Positions 24,712 to 30,931 of a stretch of 42,370 bases of DNA are shown piece by piece; position 1 is the first letter of the stretch; every line of letters begins with the position of its first letter. The stretch is from a virus. Position numbers and translations under genes: made by a program. Under the pieces are notes generated by a model, which saw only the letters and a program-made list of their open reading frames with translations, was not told the origin of the DNA and did not search any database. The stretch spans positions 1 to 42,370 of the IMG/VR virus record IMGVR_UViG_3300045242_000124; one strand, 5' to 3'.

Positions 24712-25232
24712 CCTGCTTTCAAGAGCTGCGAGATATGATTCACCATGAGATCTTGTGCATACCCCCAGTCGTCCGGGTGCGCGCCGTGATGCTCTGTGGT
24801 GGTCAATATTGTCTTGCCTGGGTGCACAACGTAATGAGCGTTGCCAAGGCCGCCAGTCTCGACAAACACCGGATCCCAGATGCAATGCGCCACCTTGACG
24901 TTCGGCGCCACGGTGATAACGCGCGCGCTGATCGGCCCTTGCCCAATCGGATCCCATGCTGAGGGCTGGAACCCGCCCACGAAGTTGATCGGCCCCTTGA
25001 AGTCGCCAGCGTACAGCGCGGCGGCGCCAGCGCCGAGGCTATCGCCCACCAGGCCGCGGAAGCCGGCGCCGCCGACCATGAATGCGCTGATCCCCTGCCG
25101 ATCGGCATGGCCGAACGTTTTGACGATAACTCCCAGCTGCTGCAGCCGCGTCGCCAGCGTCGGCAGGCCGGCTTGGGTCTCGGTGAGAGGCCAACCCTGT
25201 CCACCGATAAGCGCAATGCGGGGTGCGGTCAT
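24708..25232 (-). CDS. Alpha/beta-hydrolase-like protein with GDSLG nucleophile elbow (174 aa)
   Basis: Start moved to the ATG at 25232 (GGAG 7 nt upstream, ATGA overlap with the upstream micro-ORF). GxSxG motif LVGDSLGAGAA and late HHGAHPDD. Converges on 24355..24711 with a 4-nt overlap. Confidence 0.55.
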   Translation of the reverse strand: MTAPRIALIGGQGWPLTETQAGLPTLATRLQQLGVIVKTFGHADRQGISAFMVGGAGFRGLVGDSLGAGAAALYAGDFKGPINFVGGFQPSAWDPIGQGPISARVITVAPNVKVAHCIWDPVFVETGGLGNAHYVVHPGKTILTTTEHHGAHPDDWGYAQDLMVNHISQLLKAG

Positions 25233-25330
25233 TCCATGACTCCTATGCAGTACCCGATGGCGCCCGCTATTGCGACAAGTAGAACAACCCATCCGGGGCC
25301 AAGAGCAAATCCATTTATCAAAAGTAGCAT
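25229..25330 (-). CDS. Micro-ORF, single-TM peptide (33 aa: MLLLINGFALGPGWVVLLVAIAGAIGYCIGVME)
   Basis: ATG 4 nt after TAGGAG. Stop forms ATGA with the hydrolase start. Below the track cutoff. Confidence 0.45.
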   Translation of the reverse strand: MLLLINGFALGPGWVVLLVAIAGAIGYCIGVME

Positions 25331-25337
25331 GACACTC

Positions 25338-25475
25338 CTATTTAAACCGTCGAATTTCGAGTGGCCCTAGCCATAGCGCGCGGGCGCCATAGATTGGCAC
25401 ATAGGGCGGGGTCCAGTACTGCCAACCAAACCGGCAGTAGGGCCAGAGAATAATTTGATAGCGCCCTATGTGCAC
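25338..25475 (-). CDS. Micro-ORF (45 aa, aromatic-rich: VHIGRYQIILWPYCRFGWQYWTPPYVPIYGARALWLGPLEIRRFK)
   Basis: GTG start after TAGGAGCC. Its own stop TAG is embedded in the next TAGGAG. Confidence 0.4.
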   Translation of the reverse strand: MHIGRYQIILWPYCRFGWQYWTPPYVPIYGARALWLGPLEIRRFK

Positions 25476-25483
25476 GATGGCTC

Positions 25484-25654
25484 CTAATCCAACAGCGATT
25501 TAGCGACCACAGTCGAGGTTCTACCCTCAATCGCTTCATGTAGGCGTCGCAATGCCTGCTGTACGTAAGCCTCCGCGCAGGTCTCAGCAATGAACCAAAG
25601 TCCATCATCTTCGGCTTGTTCATCCACCAGAGCCTTGATTGCGCGCTCGTCCAT
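25484..25654 (-). CDS. Hypothetical acidic small protein (56 aa)
   Basis: Second ATG of track ORF 25484..25669, directly after TAGGAGC, which also contains the stop of the upstream gene. Confidence 0.55.
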   Translation of the reverse strand: MDERAIKALVDEQAEDDGLWFIAETCAEAYVQQALRRLHEAIEGRTSTVVAKSLLD

Positions 25655-25661
25655 GACGCTC

Positions 25662-25925
25662 CTAGTCATTCAGAGTGGTTTTGAGACGAGCGATCTTCTC
25701 ACGCAATTCCGCACCGCGGCTAACTAGATTCTCGGGACAGCGGTAGCCGTGCACATAGGCTAGCCCGATCATTCCCTTCTCTGATTCCTCAAGCAGCTTT
25801 ATGTACTCGTCATATGCCGCAATCAACTTTTGCACGCCAACGCTCCTATCGTGACTGCCAATATCGAAGCCATCGCCAACGATATCGCCACGTCTTAGAA
25901 ACCCGAACGCAATCCGTATAAGCAT
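25662..25925 (-). CDS. Hypothetical small protein (up to 87 aa; start uncertain)
   Basis: Track ORF. No SD before the ATG at 25925. An internal GTG (VQKLIAAYDEY...) follows a TCACGATAGGAGC junction copy. An alternative 44-aa ORF (MNCTCHPLDN...WQSR) occupies another frame of 25846-25977. Confidence 0.4.
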   Translation of the reverse strand: MLIRIAFGFLRRGDIVGDGFDIGSHDRSVGVQKLIAAYDEYIKLLEESEKGMIGLAYVHGYRCPENLVSRGAELREKIARLKTTLND

Positions 25926-25990
25926 ATGCTTCGGCGCAAGGAACCGGAGGATTGTCGAGTGGATGGCAAGTGCAGTTCATGACGCTCTGC

Positions 25991-26113
25991 TCATTTGTGC
26001 TTCTGGCTCCTATCGTGACTTGACGGAATAAAATAGTTCCAGAACAATCCGGCTCCAAACCAGCCAACCATAAAACCGATCGACATACCGAACCAAAAAT
26101 TCGGGTCACTCAT
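25991..26113 (-). CDS. Micro-ORF, TM peptide (40 aa: MSDPNFWFGMSIGFMVGWFGAGLFWNYFIPSSHDRSQKHK)
   Basis: Internal ATG of track ORF 25991..26263, 4 nt after TAGGAGC. Confidence 0.5.
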   Translation of the reverse strand: MSDPNFWFGMSIGFMVGWFGAGLFWNYFIPSSHDRSQKHK

Positions 26114-26121
26114 GGATGCTC

Positions 26122-26319
26122 CTATAGTGACTGCCATGCCAATAGCGCCTCGTTGAAGCGAGACGGCATATAGTTCTTGACATATTGCATCGCTTCTTCG
26201 TTGGACTTGAATATCAACTGAGCAACGCGAAAGCGCACGCCATCTACGACTGGAGTTGACCAAAACATCGGCCGTTCATCGCGAGAGGCGCTTTCCCATT
26301 CGCTGCCGCAAGTAATCAC
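26122..26319 (-). CDS. Hypothetical small protein (65 aa)
   Basis: GTG start 6 nt after GGGGAG. Ends ...AWQSL with its stop inside TAGGAGC. Confidence 0.55.
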   Translation of the reverse strand: MITCGSEWESASRDERPMFWSTPVVDGVRFRVAQLIFKSNEEAMQYVKNYMPSRFNEALLAWQSL

Positions 26320-26334
26320 GCCATGCTCCCCTAT

Positions 26335-26457
26335 CTATTCACACCACATAATAATAATCACATCGCAGTTGTGATTTAGCAATTCCCAACACCATTGCCA
26401 TTCGATACCACCGCTGTGGGTAAGTGCTCGCTGACGACGTACTGGCCCGCGCCACAT
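26335..26457 (-). CDS. Micro-ORF (40 aa, Trp/Cys-rich)
   Basis: ATG 5 nt after AGGAGC. I translated all 41 codons without a stop. Below the track cutoff. Confidence 0.4.
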   Translation of the reverse strand: MWRGPVRRQRALTHSGGIEWQWCWELLNHNCDVIIIMWCE

Positions 26458-26482
26458 ACTATGCTCCTATTTCGACTCTAGA

Positions 26483-26632
26483 TTAATTGGAGGGCATCGC
26501 TTCATGCATGGCCCACGCGATCTCAATACGCACGGTTTTAAGCTCTCGCATAATTCTCACCTCCTCGGCGCGCAAAATACGTTCGGCCTCATCTAAGTGG
26601 CGATGCAGTTTTACATGATCCTGATATTGCAT
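26483..26632 (-). CDS. Micro-ORF (49 aa, helical: MQYQDHVKLHRHLDEAERILRAEEVRIMRELKTVRIEIAWAMHEAMPSN)
   Basis: ATG 4 nt after AGGAGG. Overlaps the end of 26611..26811 by 22 nt in another frame. Confidence 0.5.
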   Translation of the reverse strand: MQYQDHVKLHRHLDEAERILRAEEVRIMRELKTVRIEIAWAMHEAMPSN

Positions 26633-26811
26633 TGATCCTCCTGTTTCTTCTCTTGGTAACACTGGATGGTTTCGCGAACAAATTTCAGATGCACCAGTTC
26701 GCGTTCCGCTTTCGCAATCAGGTCATCAAGAATCCGCACCGAACGCATCTCAAGAGAATTGTTCTCCGGGTCGCGTTCCGCCAGCCGTATGTCCCACTGA
26801 TCTATTACCAC
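26611..26811 (-). CDS. Hypothetical small protein (66 aa)
   Basis: GTG start 6 nt after GAGGAGC. Charged helical composition. Confidence 0.55.
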   Translation of the reverse strand: MVIDQWDIRLAERDPENNSLEMRSVRILDDLIAKAERELVHLKFVRETIQCYQEKKQEDQCNIRIM

Positions 26812-26823
26812 GGCAATGCTCCT

Positions 26824-26898
26824 CTATTTACTGCTGCCACATCGCGGACAAGGGCGTTCGGTTAGCTTGTTTGCGCCGCACTTGCTGCATGTCGCCAT
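26824..26898 (-). CDS. Micro-ORF, Cys4 zinc-ribbon-like peptide (24 aa: MATCSKCGANKLTERPCPRCGSSK)
   Basis: ATG 4 nt after AAGGAGCC. CxxC-N10-CxxC. Its stop TAG is the first triplet of the next TAGAGGAGC. Confidence 0.4.
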   Translation of the reverse strand: MATCSKCGANKLTERPCPRCGSSK

Positions 26899-26909
26899 GA
26901 TGGGCTCCT

Positions 26910-27002
26910 TTAGTTCGTGCGATTTATAAGCCACGCGGCGGCGGCGCAGATTGGGGCGGCGATCAACATTATGATCACAAGATCAATCCAGTAGTGCAGC
27001 AC
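26910..27002 (-). CDS. Micro-ORF, hydrophobic peptide (30 aa: VLHYWIDLVIIMLIAAPICAAAAWLINRTN)
   Basis: GTG 6 nt after GAGGAGG. Its stop TAA abuts the next AGGAGCC. Confidence 0.4.
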   Translation of the reverse strand: MLHYWIDLVIIMLIAAPICAAAAWLINRTN

Positions 27003-27062
27003 CCGGTGCCTCCTCTATCTACTCAGCCCATTGGAATGTAGCCGAAGAAACCTTCGCGCATT

Positions 27063-27431
27063 TCATCCTCCTATCGTGAGCCGCAATCCATCGGGATAAA
27101 TACGAAACCAAAGATCATCGTATTCACCGCCGCTTTTGCCATGATCGAATTTAACAATAACGCTAGTGTCTGTGACGCTCGTTACCTCACCCTCCCTGCC
27201 GTCAGAATGGCGCACGCGATCACCGTTTTTGAAACTCGACCGCTCAGCCATTAAATCCCTCCTACTTCTTCCTGTCCCATTACAAGACGGATAGCTCGGG
27301 ATCGGCACTGTACTGTTAGTCGCGAATGACCATCCGGCCTCGGCGGGTCCTTGCTCGATCCGAAATGGAATCCAGTCCAGCGTGTACCAAACCCAAAACA
27401 CAGTCGGATAGGTGTAGCGAATCACGTACAC
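27063..27431 (-). CDS. Hypothetical protein (122 aa); aromatic N-terminal half, SH3/KOW-like C-terminal half
   Basis: GTG 8 nt after AGGAGG. A strong internal AGGAGGG-N5-ATG precedes MAERSSFKNGDRVRHSDGREGEVTSV..., so a separately initiated 62-aa product is possible. Confidence 0.5.
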   Translation of the reverse strand: MYVIRYTYPTVFWVWYTLDWIPFRIEQGPAEAGWSFATNSTVPIPSYPSCNGTGRSRRDLMAERSSFKNGDRVRHSDGREGEVTSVTDTSVIVKFDHGKSGGEYDDLWFRIYPDGLRLTIGG

Positions 27432-27443
27432 GATGGCATCCTC

Positions 27444-28004
27444 CTAGTCTGACTTATGGGGTGAACCGAACGTCAGTCGCAGCCAATGCCGGCTAATCTT
27501 CTTACCGAGCCGCTGCTGTATCGCCAGGGTTCGCTCCTCATCGTTCCTATGTCGCCGGCTGCGCCATTCGAGTTCTACGAAGTTGCGCTCAGCGGTCGTC
27601 AATACCCATGTCGGGGGGCGCCCAGTTCGATTGTGCTTGCGCGCCCTCCCGCTGGTGGCGATCTGCTCATAAGCCCGGAGCATCATTCGCGGCAGGTGAC
27701 GGGGCCTGGAATTATCGCCAGTTCTCGCCTCGTAGATTAAGCCGCCGCGACGTTCTATCGCTTCGATCCGCTCTCCAAGGATACGACGGCGCTTCTGTGG
27801 TCGGAATACCGCGGGGGCAAGAAGGTATAGCTCAGCCACATGGACCGTAGTGCCCTTCCGCACCGATGCTATCAAGGCGTCGATTTGGCGGCCCTTGCGG
27901 TCCTCAACGTACAATTCTGCCTCTCTCGGCATTAAGCCCCGCTGGCCGGCCTCCGTCAGCGCACCCGGCGGGAACGGGTTGATGTAGCCTCTGATATCGT
28001 CCAT
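27444..28004 (-). CDS. Serine-recombinase-like (resolvase fold plus C-terminal HTH) protein apparently lacking the catalytic Ser (186 aa)
   Basis: The layout IRGY...EDRKGRQIDALIASVRKGTTVHVAELYLLA...IERRGGLIYEARTG...TGRPP parallels resolvase/invertase. However, YINPFPPG replaces the Y.RVST..Q active-site block. Confidence 0.45.
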   Translation of the reverse strand: MDDIRGYINPFPPGALTEAGQRGLMPREAELYVEDRKGRQIDALIASVRKGTTVHVAELYLLAPAVFRPQKRRRILGERIEAIERRGGLIYEARTGDNSRPRHLPRMMLRAYEQIATSGRARKHNRTGRPPTWVLTTAERNFVELEWRSRRHRNDEERTLAIQQRLGKKISRHWLRLTFGSPHKSD

Positions 28005-28017
28005 TGCTAAAAATTAC

Positions 28018-28057
28018 TAGCACACATACTTGACACCCGTCAAGTGTGTGCTACATT
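28018..28057. promoter_or_regulatory. Imperfect palindrome TAGCACACA(TA)CTTGAC-ACCC-GTCAAGTGTGTGCTA overlapping divergent promoter candidates (rightward TTGACA-N16-TACATT)
   Basis: Arms at 28018-28034 and 28039-28053 (15 bp paired, 2-nt bulge). TTGACA at 28030-28035 and TACATT at 28052-28057. On the minus strand, TTGACG-N18-TAGTAA ends 9 nt before the ATG at 28004, which has no SD (possible leaderless mRNA). Confidence 0.5.
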
Positions 28058-28149
28058 AGGTTTTGTAAGTAGGGCTGGCCGTTATCGGAGCCGAATGGTT
28101 GCTGTTCTAGGCGCAACACCAGCCCCGACCAAGACACAGAAGGCCCGTT

Positions 28150-28266
28150 ATGATTTCATTGTCTCATTGGGGTATGTTCCCCGTGCCCTACAACACCGAA
28201 AGCTATGCTCATTTTCTGTGGTGGCTAAATCTCGATAGCCTCCACGGCTTTCAGTTAGCAGAATAG
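28150..28266 (+). CDS. Tandem micro-ORF 1 of 6 (38 aa: MISLSHWGMFPVPYNTESYAHFLWWLNLDSLHGFQLAE)
   Basis: ATG preceded by AGGCCCGTT. Ends GCAGAATAG, which is part of the conserved junction. Below the track cutoff. Confidence 0.45.
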   Translation: MISLSHWGMFPVPYNTESYAHFLWWLNLDSLHGFQLAE

Positions 28267-28273
28267 GCCCGTC

Positions 28274-28477
28274 ATGTCGCTAGGTGAATTTGGATCATTC
28301 AGCAGCCCAGAGATCGATCGCGAGAGCGATATGCTACGCGAGAATGAGCGGCTGCGGTCGGCACTAGAGATTGCCCATGGTGCCCTGCTCTGCATTGGGG
28401 GGACAGATTCAAACTGGTCGCAATATGCGCGCAACCTAGCGGATGAAATCGCGCCCGCACTCCAGTACGCAGAATAG
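28274..28477 (+). CDS. Tandem micro-ORF 2 of 6 (67 aa)
   Basis: Track ORF with protein-like composition (MSLGEFGSFSSPEIDRESDMLRENERLRSALEIAHG...). AGGCCCGTC precedes the ATG. Ends GCAGAATAG. Confidence 0.65.
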   Translation: MSLGEFGSFSSPEIDRESDMLRENERLRSALEIAHGALLCIGGTDSNWSQYARNLADEIAPALQYAE

Positions 28478-28486
28478 GCCCGTAAA

Positions 28487-28591
28487 ATGCCATCGAGACA
28501 AACAATCGCCGAAGTCCTCCAAGGGCTCGGAGTCGTCAGCACCGCAATACTTGTACTATGGGTGTTGCTGACTTTGGCAGATTCGCATTAG
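28487..28591 (+). CDS. Tandem micro-ORF 3 of 6 (34 aa, one TM: MPSRQTIAEVLQGLGVVSTAILVLWVLLTLADSH)
   Basis: AGGCCCGTAAA precedes the ATG. I counted 35 codons to the TAG at 28589-28591. Confidence 0.5.
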   Translation: MPSRQTIAEVLQGLGVVSTAILVLWVLLTLADSH

Positions 28592-28601
28592 AGGCCCGTT
28601 T

Positions 28602-28760
28602 ATGGATATGCGCGCCACGATAATGGTTGAATTTCGCAGAGACGAACTTTCATTCATCGATGCGGTCGAACGGTTGCAGCATATGGGCTATGAACCGAAA
28701 GATGCGGAACAGATCGTTGAGCAATGGGAATGGTTGCCCAAGCTTGGACAGTCAGAATAG
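28602..28760 (+). CDS. Tandem micro-ORF 4 of 6 (52 aa: MDMRATIMVEFRRDELSFIDAVERLQHMGYEPKDAEQIVEQWEWLPKLGQSE)
   Basis: AGGCCCGTTT precedes the ATG. Ends TCAGAATAG. Confidence 0.55.
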   Translation: MDMRATIMVEFRRDELSFIDAVERLQHMGYEPKDAEQIVEQWEWLPKLGQSE

Positions 28761-28766
28761 GCCGCT

Positions 28767-28922
28767 ATGTTAGGCGATGGAAAAAGAGATTGGGAAAGTG
28801 AGGCGCTGGCTCACGAAGCCGCCGCCGAGCGGCTAGAGCTAGACGCCAAACACCGACGACGGGTAGCCGAGCTGTGCCGCAAGAGCGCCGAATACGAGAG
28901 CAAGAGTCAGACGCAAGGATAA
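28767..28922 (+). CDS. Tandem micro-ORF 5 of 6 (51 aa, charged helical)
   Basis: AGGCCGCT precedes the ATG. Ends GGATAA, followed by AGGCCCGC. Confidence 0.5.
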   Translation: MLGDGKRDWESEALAHEAAAERLELDAKHRRRVAELCRKSAEYESKSQTQG

Positions 28923-28931
28923 AGGCCCGCA

Positions 28932-29111
28932 ATGCAGGAACCATTCTTACCAGCTTCGCTAGAGGACGAAGACCCGCAAAACGAGGCTGAAGCGCGCGAT
29001 TGGACCGCGCGCGCCATTGCTGAGCTGGCACGGCAGCTCGGCATGATGAACGACTACTATTATCCTCTAATTGGCGCTGCGGGAATGCTGCGCGTCACAA
29101 AGTCAGAATAG
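28932..29111 (+). CDS. Tandem micro-ORF 6 of 6 (59 aa)
   Basis: AGGCCCGCA precedes the ATG. Ends TCAGAATAG at 29103-29111, 7 nt from the convergent gene 29119..29346. Confidence 0.55.
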   Translation: MQEPFLPASLEDEDPQNEAEARDWTARAIAELARQLGMMNDYYYPLIGAAGMLRVTKSE

Positions 29112-29118
29112 GACCGTA

Positions 29119-29346
29119 TTAACTTCGCTTCTTTGTTCTCACCAAGCTGCCTTCCTGGTATAGATCGGGGTCTAGCTCCTCGAGCGACAATCCAGTGATC
29201 TGCGCTACCTGTTGCAACCGCTTGCGGGGTATGCGCTTCCACTTGTATACCGCCGGCCAGGTAATACCTAGCGCTTCTGCCAGCCTATTTTTGTTGCCTG
29301 CAGCACGGACGGCCTTCTTCACAGCCCAGGTTGCTCTTTTTGACAT
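29119..29346 (-). CDS. Cro/YdaS-type helix-turn-helix regulator (75 aa)
   Basis: GNKNRLAEALGITWPAVYKWKRIPRKRLQQVAQITGLSLEEL resembles Cro-like and YdaS-like HTH proteins. Divergent from the sugar operon. Confidence 0.65.
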   Translation of the reverse strand: MSKRATWAVKKAVRAAGNKNRLAEALGITWPAVYKWKRIPRKRLQQVAQITGLSLEELDPDLYQEGSLVRTKKRS

Positions 29347-29362
29347 TCTGTTAAAATTCCGG

Positions 29363-29392
29363 TTGACAAGAGCAGCAATCTTACCTTAGCGT
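29363..29392 (+). promoter_or_regulatory. Candidate promoter of the rightward sugar operon: TTGACA-N18-TAGCGT, overlapping the conserved 17-mer
   Basis: TTGACA at 29363-29368 (also part of GGTTGAC, an iteron-like heptamer) and TAGCGT at 29387-29392. The SD GGGAGG at about 29408 precedes the ATG at 29419. Confidence 0.35.
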
Positions 29393-29401
29393 ATGAAAGC
29401 T
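29385..29401. repeat. 17-mer CTTAGCGTATGAAAGCT, reverse complement of 20190-20206
   Basis: Exact match, read directly and anchored on track ORF ends 29389 and 29416. Confidence 0.9.
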
Positions 29402-29418
29402 AGTCAAGGGAGGCTTTG

Positions 29419-29862
29419 ATGGCCAATGAGACTGTGGAATTGACGATACAATTCGTCAATCCTCCCAAAGAGGGGTCAAAGTGGGGGAGCATCAAATCCT
29501 CAGAAGGAATCTTCTACGGCGGCCCGCCCGCCTTGCTAAGGCAGTTCACTGCAGGTGAAGTTTGCACGATCGAATTCAGCAAGTCTGCCAATGGTCTTTA
29601 CAATAACATCGTCAAAAAGATCGGCGCCAGCAAGCCGGCGCCATTGTCTCCCCCACCGCGGCAACGGACGCACCCTAACGATCAAACCAGCATCTTTGTC
29701 ACTGCCTTGCTCGGCCACTTCATCCACACCGGCAAGGTCGCGCTTCAAGAAGATATGATTGCCGAAGCCGCAGACATGATCCTGCGCGCCTACCGGAAAT
29801 GCTCGCTCGGCGGTCTGCAGGTGCAGACCCGTGACGACATGGACGATTCCATAGGATTCTGA
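29419..29862 (+). CDS. Hypothetical protein (147 aa), first gene of the sugar operon
   Basis: ATG at 29419 lies 5 nt after GGGAGG (the track starts at the TTG at 29416). Its stop overlaps the next ATG. No motif recognised. Confidence 0.6.
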   Translation: MANETVELTIQFVNPPKEGSKWGSIKSSEGIFYGGPPALLRQFTAGEVCTIEFSKSANGLYNNIVKKIGASKPAPLSPPPRQRTHPNDQTSIFVTALLGHFIHTGKVALQEDMIAEAADMILRAYRKCSLGGLQVQTRDDMDDSIGF

Positions 29863-30728
29863 TGAGCACTTTTATCGTGGCCGAAGTCGGCGTTAATCAC
29901 AACGGCAGCTTGGACATCGCCAAGAGGCTAATCGATGCGGCAAAATGGGCCGGCGCCGACGCCGTGAAGCTGCAAAAACGCACCGTGGAGGTTGTCTATG
30001 CAAACCAGTTGGAAACGCCCCGAGAGTCTCCTTTCGGAACTACGCTTGGGGAGCAGAAAAGAGCATTGGAATTCAGCAGGCTTCAGTGGGATCTACTTGC
30101 CTCCTACTGTATTGCGATCAAAATGCCCCTATTTGCTAGCGCGTGGGATATTGCAAGCCTTGAATTCCTCGCTAAGTACGCTTTCCCCTACAACAAAATT
30201 GCGTCTGCTATGGCAACAAATCATGATTTTGTGGTCGCTATCGCTGCTGAACGTAAGCCTACGTTTGTCTCAACGGGTATGTGCGAATTTAGAGATATCC
30301 ACAATGCTATCACTTGGCTCCGAGGAGCAGGAGTAGGCGGGGCGCCACGAACCACCGCAGACGGAATAACCTTGATGCACTGCATCGGCACCTACCCGGC
30401 CGATGATGAAGAACTTAATCTCTGCCTGATACCCAAGATGCAGCGAGCCTTTGGCTTGCCCGTGGGCTACAGCGGCCACGAGGCTGGGGTGACGCCCTCG
30501 GTTGTCGCCGTGGTCTTGGGGGCCTGCGCCATCGAGCGGCACATCACCTTGGATCGCAGCATGTATGGCTCGGATCAGGCCGCTAGTCTCGAGCCGGTGG
30601 GCTTTAAACGAATGGTAGAGATGATTCGCAAGCTTCCGGTGATTGTCGGCAAGGCCACGACGCGGGAGATTTCCGATAGGGAGCGCGCGGTCGCCAAAAA
30701 ACTACGATATTGGGAGAATTCAGAATGA
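29862..30728 (+). CDS. NeuB-family nonulosonic acid synthase (sialic/pseudaminic/legionaminic acid synthase-like), 288 aa, apparently without the C-terminal SAF domain
   Basis: The N-terminus FIVAEVGVNHNGSLDIAKRLIDAAKWAGADAVKLQKRT is the hallmark NeuB/PseI/LegI motif. It ends about 50-60 aa short of typical family members. Confidence 0.85.
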   Translation: MSTFIVAEVGVNHNGSLDIAKRLIDAAKWAGADAVKLQKRTVEVVYANQLETPRESPFGTTLGEQKRALEFSRLQWDLLASYCIAIKMPLFASAWDIASLEFLAKYAFPYNKIASAMATNHDFVVAIAAERKPTFVSTGMCEFRDIHNAITWLRGAGVGGAPRTTADGITLMHCIGTYPADDEELNLCLIPKMQRAFGLPVGYSGHEAGVTPSVVAVVLGACAIERHITLDRSMYGSDQAASLEPVGFKRMVEMIRKLPVIVGKATTREISDRERAVAKKLRYWENSE

Positions 30729-30931
30729 CCGACATTGTGGAGCGGCTGCGGTATCAGTCCAAGGATTTTGGATACTTGCGCCTGGAAGCCGCCGCCGAGA
30801 TCGAGCAGCTACGTGCCGAGAATGCCGGCATCCAACAGGTGGCAACGCGCTTTGAGGGAGAAGCCGAAAGATTGCGCACTGAGATCGAGCAGCTGCGGAC
30901 TGAGATAGCGCGGATGCAGACCGGCACATGA
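30725..30931 (+). CDS. Small coiled-coil protein (68 aa) inside the sugar operon
   Basis: The ATG at 30725 forms ATGA with the NeuB-like stop. Heptad-like repeat AEIEQLRAENAGIQ...EAERLRTEIEQLRTEIARMQ. Confidence 0.55.
   Translation: MTDIVERLRYQSKDFGYLRLEAAAEIEQLRAENAGIQQVATRFEGEAERLRTEIEQLRTEIARMQTGT

Noticed and set aside
24364-25239. Track ORFs 24364..24957(-), 24803..25216(-), 24841..25239(+) and 24735..24962(+)
   Set aside because: Arg/Ala/Ser-rich shadows overlapping the signal-peptide gene (plus strand) and the GDSLG hydrolase gene (minus strand), which have coherent motifs and SD or coupling signals.
28258-29111. Recurrent CAGAATAGGCCCGT-like motif at intervals of about 110-210 bp, considered as a possible CRISPR array or phage-RNAP promoter set
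   Set aside because: The repeats are only 13-15 nt and imperfect, the intervals are irregular, and every copy coincides with a stop/start junction of a plus-strand ORF. No cas genes and no single-subunit RNA polymerase gene are present.
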